A stretch of 61,837 nucleotides of DNA from an uncultured bacterium (GCA_965372715.1 CBDVDH010000017.1:1-61837); one strand, 5' to 3'; positions 1 to 9,441 are shown, counted from the stretch's first letter. The notes: generated by a model from the sequence alone, not told the origin. Numbers and translations are program-made.

Positions 1-67
1 CCCCCCAGGTATCGGGCCCATTCCAACGCTTATCCCCCCCCCCGCGGTCGCAAAATCCCCCGGTGTG

Positions 68-158
68 TGCCCGACGCCTTCGGGCTGAGGGTCGTGTTCC
101 TGCACGAATACCCCGTGTTTCACACGGGGCTACCCACGTGGCCCCCTTTCAGGGGACT
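68..158. repeat. REP-like cluster of GC-rich hairpins
   Basis: CCCCGTGT-TTC-ACACGGGG (111-129), CCCCT-TTC-AGGGG (~143-155) and GCCCGA...TCGGGC hairpins in non-coding DNA. Confidence 0.5.
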
Positions 159-413
159 TAAGCCTCTCCAACCTGACGTCAAGCGCTATCCCCTCGCTGT
201 AGGTCAAGCCGAACAGCCAACAACCCGGAGAATCAAGACCGGAGAATACGAAGACGCCTGACAAAAGGGGCAGCTCGCGCCCGAGATGGTCTGGTTATGG
301 CATATCCCTGGGCGAAAGGAGGCAGACTTTCGGTCATCGCACTTGCAACCTGAGACCTAAGTTGCTACGAATCCTTGATATCGCAATTACCGAACTGACT
401 GCAAGGAGTTACC

Positions 414-926
414 ATGGGCATTACAAGAAGTCGTGTCTTTACGCGCTGCGTTGTCTTGGCTCTCTCTTTCGCCCTGCTATCGACTGCCCTGTTCGCAGCG
501 GAGGTCAGGCCCACGGCAAAGGTCGCGCCCAATTTCACGTTGACGAATGTCAAGACAGGCAAGCCCGTCTCGGTCTCCGACTTCAAAGGCAGGGTCGTAG
601 TGATAGATTTCTGGGCAACCTGGTGCATCCCCTGCCGCAAGGCGATGAAGTTCTATGAGAAGCTCTACCGGGAGAAGCACAAAGAAGGGCTTGTTGTGCT
701 GGCGATTTCTATTGATCAGCGAGAAAAGAAGCTCAAGAACTTCCTCGAGAAGCGGCCAGTGAGCTTCCCCATTCTTCACGATGCTAAGAAAAGCCTGATG
801 AAGAAGTATGGCGTCTTCAAGATCCCTACGACCTTCATCATCGATAGGGACGGAAAGATACAGAACAAATACGTCGGCATCCTGGAGAAGGTCGTCAGGG
901 CGAGAGTGGAGGAGCTGCTGAAGTGA
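414..926 (+). CDS. TlpA/ResA-family thiol-disulfide oxidoreductase, exported
   Basis: Signal peptide, APNFTL, IDFWATWCIPC active site, IPTTFIIDRDGKI; RBS AAGGAG upstream. Confidence 0.92.
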   Translation: MGITRSRVFTRCVVLALSFALLSTALFAAEVRPTAKVAPNFTLTNVKTGKPVSVSDFKGRVVVIDFWATWCIPCRKAMKFYEKLYREKHKEGLVVLAISIDQREKKLKNFLEKRPVSFPILHDAKKSLMKKYGVFKIPTTFIIDRDGKIQNKYVGILEKVVRARVEELLK

Positions 927-1183
927 ATGGGAGCGCACGTATCTTGAAGGGTCGGTCGTTTCTGATTCCGGCGCTGCTGCTGGTAGCTTTGTTCCTTTGT
1001 CAGGGCTGTGCGACGGTCAAGCCATACGAGATGGAGTTTTTGACCGACCCGATCATGCTGTTCGAGGAGATAAACCCCGACGTCGGCACGCTGGAGTTCC
1101 TAGCCTTCGGCGATATGGAGAAGGCCTGGGTTACTGGCGGTGGCGCAAGCGGCGGCGGCTGTGCCAGCTGCGCCGGCAAGTAG
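923..1183 (+). CDS. DUF4266-like small lipoprotein
   Basis: Lipobox LCQGC, CATVKPYE...L.DPIM, Gly-rich C-terminus GGGASGGGCASC; start overlaps the tlpA stop. Confidence 0.75.
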   Translation: MNGSARILKGRSFLIPALLLVALFLCQGCATVKPYEMEFLTDPIMLFEEINPDVGTLEFLAFGDMEKAWVTGGGASGGGCASCAGK

Positions 1184-1194
1184 GGGCAGTCTTG

Positions 1195-2370
1195 ATGAGA
1201 ACTGAATCGACTTCTAGAAGGAAAAGGCCCCGACACGGCGAAACTCTGATTGCGTGCCTCGCCCTCCTGTTTCTGGCAGCGTTTGACGGCCATTGCGCTC
1301 AGGACAATTTCTCCTTCAACTACTTCCGGTATCGCGACGAGAACGACACGATAAACTCGGCGTTCGCGTTCAGGCTCGATAAGCAGGTGTTCGAGAAGAC
1401 CAAGCTGAAGGTCTCCTACCTGCACTCCGATACCCGGTATTGGAAGGTCCCGCTGTGGGCGCCGGCCGTAAGGCATTACTCGCGCGGCGATCAGTATTCG
1501 CTTCAAGTCGAGCAGAAGACGATCAAGGACGGGAAGCTTGTCGTCGGATATGTCTTCACCGACCGCGCCATTAGACTAACGGATGCCTATCTCATCCACG
1601 AAATGGAGGAAAAAGCGAAGTCCGATCCGGAGGTAGGTGGACTGCGAAAGCCCACGTCGAGCGCCTACAGCATCTCCTATTCGCAGCCGTTCTTCGATCA
1701 AAACACCACGGTTGAGGTCTCCTACTCCCACACCGACGCCAATCTAACCCCATACTGGGAATACGACATCAACACGATGACGCATCTCGCGAACAGGACG
1801 ACCTCATACACCAATGCGTTCACGCTGACCGCAACGCAGATACTCACTCAAAACACAACTTGCCAGCTGAGCGCCTCGTATGCGACGCAGTCCGCCCTTC
1901 CTGAGACATGGTCTTATTCTGCGAAGCTGCATCAGTATCTGCCGAGCAGAACGTCGATTCAGGTGTATTACCGTTACTCGCATGACAACGATTGCTTCTA
2001 CACAAACACGGTCGAGGCGAAGGTTTATCAGTATATCATCGACGAGATAATCGTCATGGTAAGATACCGCTGGCACACCGAGGACGACCCGAGCCTCGAT
2101 GAGGAGCAGGAGTGGCAGCTTTGGCAGCGGCAGGAGTATGGCGAGGACCTCAGTGTCAGCTTGTTTCCGTCGGATTCGGTTACGATTGGCGGGGGCGTGA
2201 TAGTCGATGTGCTCGGCCTGGCCGGCAACCCGGCGTGGCTTGGGGGCGATTATCTGGACAAGATCAACCTCGACGTTCGGTTCAACCGCTACCGGCACAA
2301 CAGCAAGTTCGAGAAAGACCATTATCTCGATGCGGATATGTATTCGGCGGGCCTCGGCTTCCTGTTCTGA
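1195..2370 (+). CDS. DUF3570-like outer-membrane beta-barrel protein
   Basis: ATG at 1195 then signal peptide; alternating aromatic beta-strands, TQILTQNT, YRY motifs, C-terminal Phe; follows TlpA and DUF4266. Confidence 0.6.
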   Translation: MRTESTSRRKRPRHGETLIACLALLFLAAFDGHCAQDNFSFNYFRYRDENDTINSAFAFRLDKQVFEKTKLKVSYLHSDTRYWKVPLWAPAVRHYSRGDQYSLQVEQKTIKDGKLVVGYVFTDRAIRLTDAYLIHEMEEKAKSDPEVGGLRKPTSSAYSISYSQPFFDQNTTVEVSYSHTDANLTPYWEYDINTMTHLANRTTSYTNAFTLTATQILTQNTTCQLSASYATQSALPETWSYSAKLHQYLPSRTSIQVYYRYSHDNDCFYTNTVEAKVYQYIIDEIIVMVRYRWHTEDDPSLDEEQEWQLWQRQEYGEDLSVSLFPSDSVTIGGGVIVDVLGLAGNPAWLGGDYLDKINLDVRFNRYRHNSKFEKDHYLDADMYSAGLGFLF

Positions 2371-2407
2371 GGTGTGTTGCGCATGCGCCAGCGCCGCTTA
2401 CCCTGTG

Positions 2408-2570
2408 TTATTCACAAACTGCGGATGGGATGAGATGTGGGGCGGGCTTTCCAGCCTGCCTTTTTAGTGATTGCTGCATCCCACACACGGGACATTGTGT
2501 CGCGGGAGACGCTGTCTTTGGCAGGCTGGAAAGCCCGCCCCACACCCACAAGAGTCACGGCCTTGAATTA
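2408..2570. repeat. MITE/REPIN-like element with 25-bp perfect inverted repeat
   Basis: TGTGGGGCGGGCTTTCCAGCCTGCC (2436-2460) and its reverse complement (2520-2544); left part recurs at 61792-61837. Confidence 0.8.
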
Positions 2571-4331
2571 TTTGGGGTATGGCTGTGCCTGCCCAAGTTC
2601 CCAGCTTGAGGGCGCATCTCGTCTGGAATACAGGAAGAACCTGTATTTGTGGAAGAGGTCGAGCATGCCCTCGCCCCGGACGAGCCTGTAGTCGTCGTTG
2701 AGGACCTCGTGGTCCAGCAGCATGTTCTGGTAGTTGTGCTCGGTCCAGGTCTGTCCAGTTACGTCAACCAAGAGCAGATAGTCGGGCTTGCGGCGGAAGA
2801 TATACATGGGCTCGAACTTGGCGTGCGCCTTGCCTTTCAGCCGGGCGATGTAGCGGTCCGTCAAGCCGCGCATGTCGATAACGCTGAGCCTCGAGTAGTA
2901 AGGAATCAATCCCGCCTCGCCCAGAGCCACTGTGGCATCGGGCCGAATCCGTTCCCGCATCATCTTCGCCACGCGGTAGTATTCGCGGTTGAGAACGTCG
3001 CGGACCGCAAAGCCGGACGGTTTCTTAGCAACCAGCATTACGTCGGCCGTGTGATAGGCGAACAGACTAACAATCGTTATGATCATCGCAGCGGACAGCC
3101 TCTGGCGCAGGACGCCACGTCGCTCTGACACTCCGAATCTCTCCCACAACGTCAATGCCCCACGCTGAGCCATCAGAACCAGCGCGGGCACTATCGGCAT
3201 GAAGAGCCTGTAACTGCCCATCCAGTCCCCCCCGGAGTAAATGATGAACGCCGACATGGCAACCGTCTGCCACAAAAGGAACCAATAACCATCCTTGCCC
3301 TTGTGCCCCAACCCGCCTCGACCTTCGATTCTGGACTTTGGACTCTGGCCCTTCGACTTTCGACCCCGAGCGTGCATAAAAAGCGGAAGCAGACATAACA
3401 GCAGAAATGGGCCGAGAATCGTTGAGATGCCGAAACCGAAATACTCAAGGCCCCCCCAGAATTGCGCCTCGCCACCGCCGGTCGCCTTCGCGTAGAAGGT
3501 GTTAGGGAAAATGTCTCCATAATAGATGTATCGCCACACGATAAACCCCGCGTATGGCAGGGAGTATGTCGCGACGCCCGGCAGAAGAGTTGTGATCTTG
3601 ACCCGGCGTCGGATCAGGTAGATAAGCGTTGTCAGAAAGGCTGCCGCGAAAAGTATCGGTATCTCCGGCCGGGTGAGCGATGCGAGCAGGAAGAAGAACG
3701 CGGACAGACCGTACAGCGCCGCTGGGGTGGCTTTGCCGTTTTCCGGACTGAGAAACACTCGCATATTGAGGTATTGCCCCGTTGCGACGAGGAGCGCGCA
3801 GAAACTGGTCTCAAGTCCTCCGACCGTCCAGGCGACGAATTGCGGCGACGTGCAGAGCAGAATTGGCGCAAGACAGGCGAGCAAGATCGGGCTGCTGCTG
3901 TTTTCTCTGTGCAATCGGGTAGCTTTATAGACCACGATGACGCATAGAAGGCCGGACAGAAGGCCGACCGCCTTAGACCAGACAAGCAAGCCGTGCGGGA
4001 AGCCAGTTAGGCCGCTCAAGACAAGGAGCGACAGTATCTGAGCGAAGAGGAAGTTTGAGTAGCCCTCAACTCGCTCGCCCGTATTGAAGACGAGGCCTTC
4101 ACCGGTCGCTTGATTCTCGGCGTAGCGGAATGTAATGAACGCGTCGTCGGTCGAGGCGTTGACGAGGTGCAGCGCCATCAGTGCGAATAAAAGGATGAGA
4201 AACGTTACGAGCGTTCGGGGCTGCAGAGGAACCGCGAACGCGGAAAGGCACGGGGAGGGCTGCTTTGGAGTGCGGTGTCTGCCGCGCGACGGATTGCATA
4301 CTTGCTTTGAGGTGGATGATTCATCCTTCAT
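2568..4331 (-). CDS. GT-C fold polytopic membrane glycosyltransferase
   Basis: DDAFITFRYA and GERVEGYSNFL motifs, LTRPE, PNTFYAK, GGDWM, DMRGLTD; many TM segments; start 4331 chosen from RBS (ORF track 4373). Confidence 0.8.
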   Translation of the reverse strand: MKDESSTSKQVCNPSRGRHRTPKQPSPCLSAFAVPLQPRTLVTFLILLFALMALHLVNASTDDAFITFRYAENQATGEGLVFNTGERVEGYSNFLFAQILSLLVLSGLTGFPHGLLVWSKAVGLLSGLLCVIVVYKATRLHRENSSSPILLACLAPILLCTSPQFVAWTVGGLETSFCALLVATGQYLNMRVFLSPENGKATPAALYGLSAFFFLLASLTRPEIPILFAAAFLTTLIYLIRRRVKITTLLPGVATYSLPYAGFIVWRYIYYGDIFPNTFYAKATGGGEAQFWGGLEYFGFGISTILGPFLLLCLLPLFMHARGRKSKGQSPKSRIEGRGGLGHKGKDGYWFLLWQTVAMSAFIIYSGGDWMGSYRLFMPIVPALVLMAQRGALTLWERFGVSERRGVLRQRLSAAMIITIVSLFAYHTADVMLVAKKPSGFAVRDVLNREYYRVAKMMRERIRPDATVALGEAGLIPYYSRLSVIDMRGLTDRYIARLKGKAHAKFEPMYIFRRKPDYLLLVDVTGQTWTEHNYQNMLLDHEVLNDDYRLVRGEGMLDLFHKYRFFLYSRRDAPSSWELGQAQPYPK

Positions 4332-4359
4332 CCTTCCCTTGTTCCTTCGTGGTTCCCCC

Positions 4360-5151
4360 CTAGGGCGTCGCAAAGAAGTCTCGGTCGGATTCGTGCAGCG
4401 TCAGAATTCTCGGGCCTTGCGAGGTTATCGCGATTGCGTGCTCGAACTGCGCGGAGAGGCGGCCATCGGCGGTCACGGCTGTCCATTGGTCACTTTTGAG
4501 CTTCAACCTGTAGGTTCCCTCATTGATCATTGGTTCCAGACAGAAGACCATCCCCTCCTGGATTGGCGCCCCGTGGCCCTTTCGGCCATAGTGCGGGACC
4601 TGCGGGTCCTCGTGCAGCGACCGCCCAAGCCCGTGCCCGACGAAGTCCCGAACGACTGAGAAACCGTGGGATTCAACGTAGCTCTGAATGGCATATCCGA
4701 TGTCGCCCAGCCTGTTGCCCGGCCTTGCCGCCTCGATCGCGAGCTTGAGAGACATCTTGGTCACATCAAAGAGCCGTTTAGCTCTTGCCGTCGGCGTGCC
4801 CACTAGAATCGATATGGCTGTATCACCGTGGAAACCGTCCTTCAGGACGCCGATGTCTAACTTCAACAGGTCGCCGGACTTCAGCTTGCGGTCGGAGGGT
4901 ATCCCGTGGACTATCTCCTCATTGACGCTCGTCGTGATGGAGCCCGGGAAAGGCGGAAGCCCAGCGAGCGAATAGCCCTTGAAGGAAGGTCTAGCGCCGC
5001 TTTTCAGGATGAGCTCCTCGGCCATCATGTCGAGTTCCCGGGTCGTGACGCCTGGCCTTGACGCAAGCCTCAGCTGATACAGGACTTCGGCGGAGATCTG
5101 GCACGAACGCTCGATGGCCTCTATTTCTCGGGCGCTTTTGAGATCGATCAT
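4360..5151 (-). CDS. map: Type I methionine aminopeptidase
   Basis: SVNEEIVHGIP, DGFHGDTA, GHGLGRSLHEDP, EPMIN, SAQFEH. Confidence 0.97.
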   Translation of the reverse strand: MIDLKSAREIEAIERSCQISAEVLYQLRLASRPGVTTRELDMMAEELILKSGARPSFKGYSLAGLPPFPGSITTSVNEEIVHGIPSDRKLKSGDLLKLDIGVLKDGFHGDTAISILVGTPTARAKRLFDVTKMSLKLAIEAARPGNRLGDIGYAIQSYVESHGFSVVRDFVGHGLGRSLHEDPQVPHYGRKGHGAPIQEGMVFCLEPMINEGTYRLKLKSDQWTAVTADGRLSAQFEHAIAITSQGPRILTLHESDRDFFATP

Positions 5152-5175
5152 CTGTCGGCCGGAAGCGGCTCCCGG

Positions 5176-7551
5176 CTACTCTCTGATATCGACGAGCCGG
5201 CGGTATTGGGCATCGAAACCAACCTCGAGAGATGAACTCGGCCTCTTGGCAACTGAGTTCTTCTGAATCGTTACCATGAGCCTGTCGATCATGTGTCTGC
5301 TTGCACTCCTCTCCCCTGTCGCGGAATACGGTTGATGATGCAGGCTGAGTATGATGCTGGCATAAGGCTCAACCCGCAGCGAAACCGAAAGCGGCGCCTC
5401 GCCCAGGTCCCCGCCCTCGGAGCGGATGTGTTCGACCCAGGGGGTGTTCGTCACGAGCAGCGGAGCGTTGACGCGCCTGGCAGCGTCCAATAGGTCTCTG
5501 GCGGCCGAGCCGAGCTGCGTCTCGTTCTCAATCGGTGAGGTCTTATCCCACGCCAACATCCCGAGACTATCAACTACCACAAGGCCGATTCGAACATTCC
5601 CGGACATCATCTGGCAAATCTCCTGGATGTCCGAGGCGCAGTAACGGGAGTGAAATGGCTCCTCTATCACGACAAGCTTGTCCCTGTATTTCGTGAACTC
5701 CTCCGCCGCATTCAGGTATTTCTGATAGTTGCTTGCCCCAGCCTCGAGCTGCTTCTCCACAATCTGGTGGTGAGGTATCTCAAACTCATTTGAAATCAGC
5801 ATGTTGAAGACAGTCATTCGCTGGTTCTCAAAGCTGAAGAATAGTATGGAGTCCTCGTGGTTACGAAGAGTGTGCGAGATAACTTGGGCGCAGAATGTGG
5901 TTTTTCCTGAACCAGGCAATCCGGAGACTAGTGTCATCTCGGCTGGGCGGAGAGAGATGTATTCGTCCAGGGTGGCTACGCCCGTCTTAAGACCCGGCCT
6001 TGACGCCTCATACGCATCGACAAGGTCGCGCGGGTTGTAGAACGAGCGCATGAGCTCGTCTTCCGAAACGCTGATGACCGCGACCTCCTCGAGGTCCTCG
6101 GTGCTGACCGACCAGGAGAACCCCATCTCGAGATCGTCCTTTCGCTTCGTCTCCATCTGCTCGATGACGTTACGCGCAAGAGAATCGGGACTCTCAGTGG
6201 GTGCGGTCTTCTTGAGCTGTTCCAGCACGATGCACCAGAAATGCGGGTCCCACTTTATCTTGTCGCCGATCTCATAGACAAACTCCTTCGCATCCTCCGA
6301 GGCAAGCTCGAGACTGGCTTTCGCTGCGGCCTTTCTCGCCTCGGCAACGCTGCTGTCCTTTGCGAGATCGTAGGTTGAGCTGAGCTCCTTGCCGAGCCAC
6401 CGCCCGATCGAATAGAGCCCGGAATGACTCGTCATGCACTTGTCGAAATGGTCGAAGCCTCGCGTCTGAATGAGGTCCCTTAGGTCCTCTACACCCTCCG
6501 GCAACGCCATCACATCGGCCTTGACGCCGAGCTCGCAGATAATCGACGCGAAATCCGCCGTCAATTCCCTCCCACCAGCGGTCAATGGGGTTATGAAAAT
6601 GAAGTGCTCCGCCCCGAGCCTCTGAAGCGATTGGAGCTTCTCCTTAGTAGGTCTCAGCCCCACGCCCAGGGAGACCATCTGCTTGAATATCTTGAACGTC
6701 CTGTTGCTCTCGTGTTGTATCGAGATTGCATCCACCTCCGAGGCTGCAACCCAAGCACTCCGCTCGCTTGCGATCATCGGCGTCGCCTGCTCCAAGCCAA
6801 ACAGCGACATGCTCTGGAGGTCCTCGCTGAAGCCAGGCATTGCCATTCTGTTCTCCGGATTGGCTGGTTCTGTGCCGATAAAGCCGGTGATGTTGCCCTG
6901 AGCGTCGCCATAGCCAAAAAGAAATGGATAACTCGACTCGAGCTCGTCCGAAATAATACCAGCAGCCTCGACGAAATCGCGCCGGATATCCATCTTCTTA
7001 AGGTGCTGGTGGATCTCGTCGCCGGTAGTGTATATGCCCAGTGGGAACGCCATAAGCGCTCGCTCCGTCATTCCCACCTCCTTGAAATAACCCTTCGCAG
7101 CGCTCGCGACCGGAGAACTGCTCCGCTGAAACGCCTTTGAGAAGTAATAGCCCAGCACGCCGAAAACCGTGAGCTTCTTCCAGGTAGTTTCCATTTTCTC
7201 CCAGTCACTCTGCGACATTTCGAGGTCGGAAGCGTCAATACCAGCCTTCTGGGCCAAAAGCGCAACGCCGTCCTGCAAAGAGCCCGTCTTCTTGACAGCC
7301 GTCGTCAGCCAGTTGCCGCGATATCCGCACATCCTGCACGAACCGCCAGGCCAGGCCTTTGGAAGAACGAAACTCTGACGAGCTCCTTCATGCTTCGGAT
7401 TAGGACACATAGTTACGTATGAAGTCTCGCCCTCTTTGAACCGCTTCAGCGGCGAAATGCCCTCAGGCCCCCACACCGCCTCGTGCGTGAGTTTGCCGAA
7501 TATCTTCTCCGTAACAGCGTAATAGACGTTTCTGCCGGCATCCTTAGTCAT
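5176..7551 (-). CDS. DnaG-like primase / DnaB-like helicase fusion, apparently degenerate
   Basis: N-terminal CPNPKH...CRMC zinc finger, Toprim-like region (LFGLEQA, LPEGVEDLRDLI), C-terminal RecA/SF4 domain with GLPGSGKTT, FFSFEN, LVVVDSL. Confidence 0.7.
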   Translation of the reverse strand: MTKDAGRNVYYAVTEKIFGKLTHEAVWGPEGISPLKRFKEGETSYVTMCPNPKHEGARQSFVLPKAWPGGSCRMCGYRGNWLTTAVKKTGSLQDGVALLAQKAGIDASDLEMSQSDWEKMETTWKKLTVFGVLGYYFSKAFQRSSSPVASAAKGYFKEVGMTERALMAFPLGIYTTGDEIHQHLKKMDIRRDFVEAAGIISDELESSYPFLFGYGDAQGNITGFIGTEPANPENRMAMPGFSEDLQSMSLFGLEQATPMIASERSAWVAASEVDAISIQHESNRTFKIFKQMVSLGVGLRPTKEKLQSLQRLGAEHFIFITPLTAGGRELTADFASIICELGVKADVMALPEGVEDLRDLIQTRGFDHFDKCMTSHSGLYSIGRWLGKELSSTYDLAKDSSVAEARKAAAKASLELASEDAKEFVYEIGDKIKWDPHFWCIVLEQLKKTAPTESPDSLARNVIEQMETKRKDDLEMGFSWSVSTEDLEEVAVISVSEDELMRSFYNPRDLVDAYEASRPGLKTGVATLDEYISLRPAEMTLVSGLPGSGKTTFCAQVISHTLRNHEDSILFFSFENQRMTVFNMLISNEFEIPHHQIVEKQLEAGASNYQKYLNAAEEFTKYRDKLVVIEEPFHSRYCASDIQEICQMMSGNVRIGLVVVDSLGMLAWDKTSPIENETQLGSAARDLLDAARRVNAPLLVTNTPWVEHIRSEGGDLGEAPLSVSLRVEPYASIILSLHHQPYSATGERSASRHMIDRLMVTIQKNSVAKRPSSSLEVGFDAQYRRLVDIRE

Positions 7552-7752
7552 GTATCTCTCCCTAGTGGATTCGCAATTCTTGATACGGTCCAGTCATACA
7601 TTCATTAGAGTATCTCTACGATATTTGGGGCCGCCCATCGAGTCAAGCGAATCGAGGAGGAGGGATTTCCCCGTTGGGGAAATAGTCCGAAGTCCAAAGC
7701 TGAGGAATACGGGCAACGGCCCACTTTGTGCCTTTGGGGTTTATTCAGACCG

Positions 7753-9441
7753 TCAGTCGGCGCTGATTGTGACTGGCCAGAGGGCGATGTCGGACGCGAA
7801 CGCGCCGTCGGAGGCAAGGACTGCGCCGAGCCAGAGGTAGCCGCCAGCCGCGAGGCTGTCGGGGATCGTGTGCGCTGTAGGTGGGAGGTTCGGATACGAA
7901 ACGCCGGAGTACAGCGTGCCCTCGGCCCACGGCGTCGGGACGAAAGTCATCCACGGCCAGTAGATAAGCCAATCCAAGCTCTCCGGCCCGAATGCGAAGT
8001 AGATCGCTCCCTCCACTTTCACGCCTCGGTTCTCGAACGACATGAACACCTGCATCTCCTCCCCGGCGGCGTATTCCGTCCGATCCGTCCGAACCAAAAC
8101 CGCCGGCGGCGGAGGGGGAACGCTTGGATAGTGATACCCAATGTCGTAGGGCCACTCATCCGGCACGCCGTCCGTCCGCGTCGTACTACCCTCCGGCGGC
8201 CAACCAGAAAGGAACCCGCGCCACCAAGGTGGGTCCCAATCCAGATCAATCACGTCCAGGCAACGACTGGTTCGGGACTGACCCGATTCCTCATTCGCAA
8301 GGTAGGATGCGCCGAGTGGTCCCGCGGCAAAGGCTGGGTCTCCATCGACAATATTATTCCCGTAGTCAGAAAACGATCCGCAGTAGTGGAGTATGGGTGG
8401 GTTTTCAATGTAGCTGTATTCTGCCGAGACCACACCTTCCTCTATTTCGATGTATGACTGTGCGTCGAATATGCTGGCCACAATGTCCGTGCCGGGATAG
8501 CCCCGGTGATACCACCCATTGAATGAGAAGACAGAATCGCGGAACGTGCATCCCCCTAGGACAGGATCTTCGCCGTCGAACCACCCTGTATGGTACTCAA
8601 ACCGGATGTTTTCCCATACGCAGTTGATGACTCGGGGAAGACGACCGCCCCCATAACTGAAGAATACAGCTTGATCAGATGCCGCGCGAAAGATGCAGTC
8701 TGATATGGTCAATCCAAGGGCCTCAGCAATATACAGATCTCCGTAACCATAACGATGTGACAGGCCAGGTGTCGGCTGGATTAGACAACCTGTGATCGAT
8801 ACGTGGTTTAGGTAACTGTTGGGGCCGGGGGGGTCCGGACCCAACAGATTGGCCTTGCAGTCAATGAAGCCGCATTGCTCGATTCTGGTATCCCAGCAGT
8901 TTGTCCGGATTAGGGATAGTTCACTAAGCCAGCATACGAAGCCCACAAACCAGACATGCCTAAGGAGGAGATCGTCATAGAGCATAGCTCCATTGACACT
9001 TAGCAGGAAGGCATCCGAGTCGTAATCGGCATCGCCGGGAAGAGTCGAATAGAAAGTCAGCTGGCTCATGGTTGCCGCCGGCATTTCCCAGTCCTCCCAG
9101 ATGATTGTCTCCGGCGGATAGCCGACGGCTATGAACGTTTTATCAGGAGCTATGCCGCGGATCTCCGTCGTCTGCGTGAGCGTGATAGGGAAGACCTCGC
9201 CCGACTCCACGCTGAATACCCCTTCACCAAGGGAGATGCGCCCGGGGCCGTTCTCTAGCTCGCTAGCACGCGTAATCGTCTTAAGCGCTGTTTGCCATGA
9301 CTGTCCATCGTTCGCGTCATCTCCGTTGATGGGATCGACATAGAGATCCCTGGCGAGCAGCACTCCCGCCGACGCAAGGACGCAAACAAGAACTGCTGCA
9401 ACTATCATAGTTGTCAGGGCAAGGCGTGTCGCCATTGTCAT
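7753..9441 (-). CDS. Secreted DUF1565/beta-helix-like protein with C-terminal Ig-like domain
   Basis: Signal peptide, LYVDPINGDDANDGQSWQTALKTITRA, GEVFPI, TTRTDG.PD...DIGYHYP; start 9441 from RBS GGAAGGGG. Confidence 0.7.
   Translation of the reverse strand: MTMATRLALTTMIVAAVLVCVLASAGVLLARDLYVDPINGDDANDGQSWQTALKTITRASELENGPGRISLGEGVFSVESGEVFPITLTQTTEIRGIAPDKTFIAVGYPPETIIWEDWEMPAATMSQLTFYSTLPGDADYDSDAFLLSVNGAMLYDDLLLRHVWFVGFVCWLSELSLIRTNCWDTRIEQCGFIDCKANLLGPDPPGPNSYLNHVSITGCLIQPTPGLSHRYGYGDLYIAEALGLTISDCIFRAASDQAVFFSYGGGRLPRVINCVWENIRFEYHTGWFDGEDPVLGGCTFRDSVFSFNGWYHRGYPGTDIVASIFDAQSYIEIEEGVVSAEYSYIENPPILHYCGSFSDYGNNIVDGDPAFAAGPLGASYLANEESGQSRTSRCLDVIDLDWDPPWWRGFLSGWPPEGSTTRTDGVPDEWPYDIGYHYPSVPPPPPAVLVRTDRTEYAAGEEMQVFMSFENRGVKVEGAIYFAFGPESLDWLIYWPWMTFVPTPWAEGTLYSGVSYPNLPPTAHTIPDSLAAGGYLWLGAVLASDGAFASDIALWPVTISAD

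Noticed and set aside
295-400. c-di-GMP-I riboswitch upstream of tlpA (GGCATA...GAAA...CTAA...TTACCGA)
   Set aside because: Scattered motif words are present, but I could not form the P1/P2 stems; an Rfam search would be needed.
997-1194. 5' extension of the beta-barrel ORF (likewise 27728-27913 for ileS and 20114-20152)
   Set aside because: The extensions overlap upstream genes or lack an RBS; downstream starts give proper signal peptides or family N-termini.
5176-7551. Prophage or plasmid origin for the primase-helicase region
   Set aside because: No integrase, structural, terminase or partition genes flank it; its neighbours are map, a glycosyltransferase and a secreted protein.
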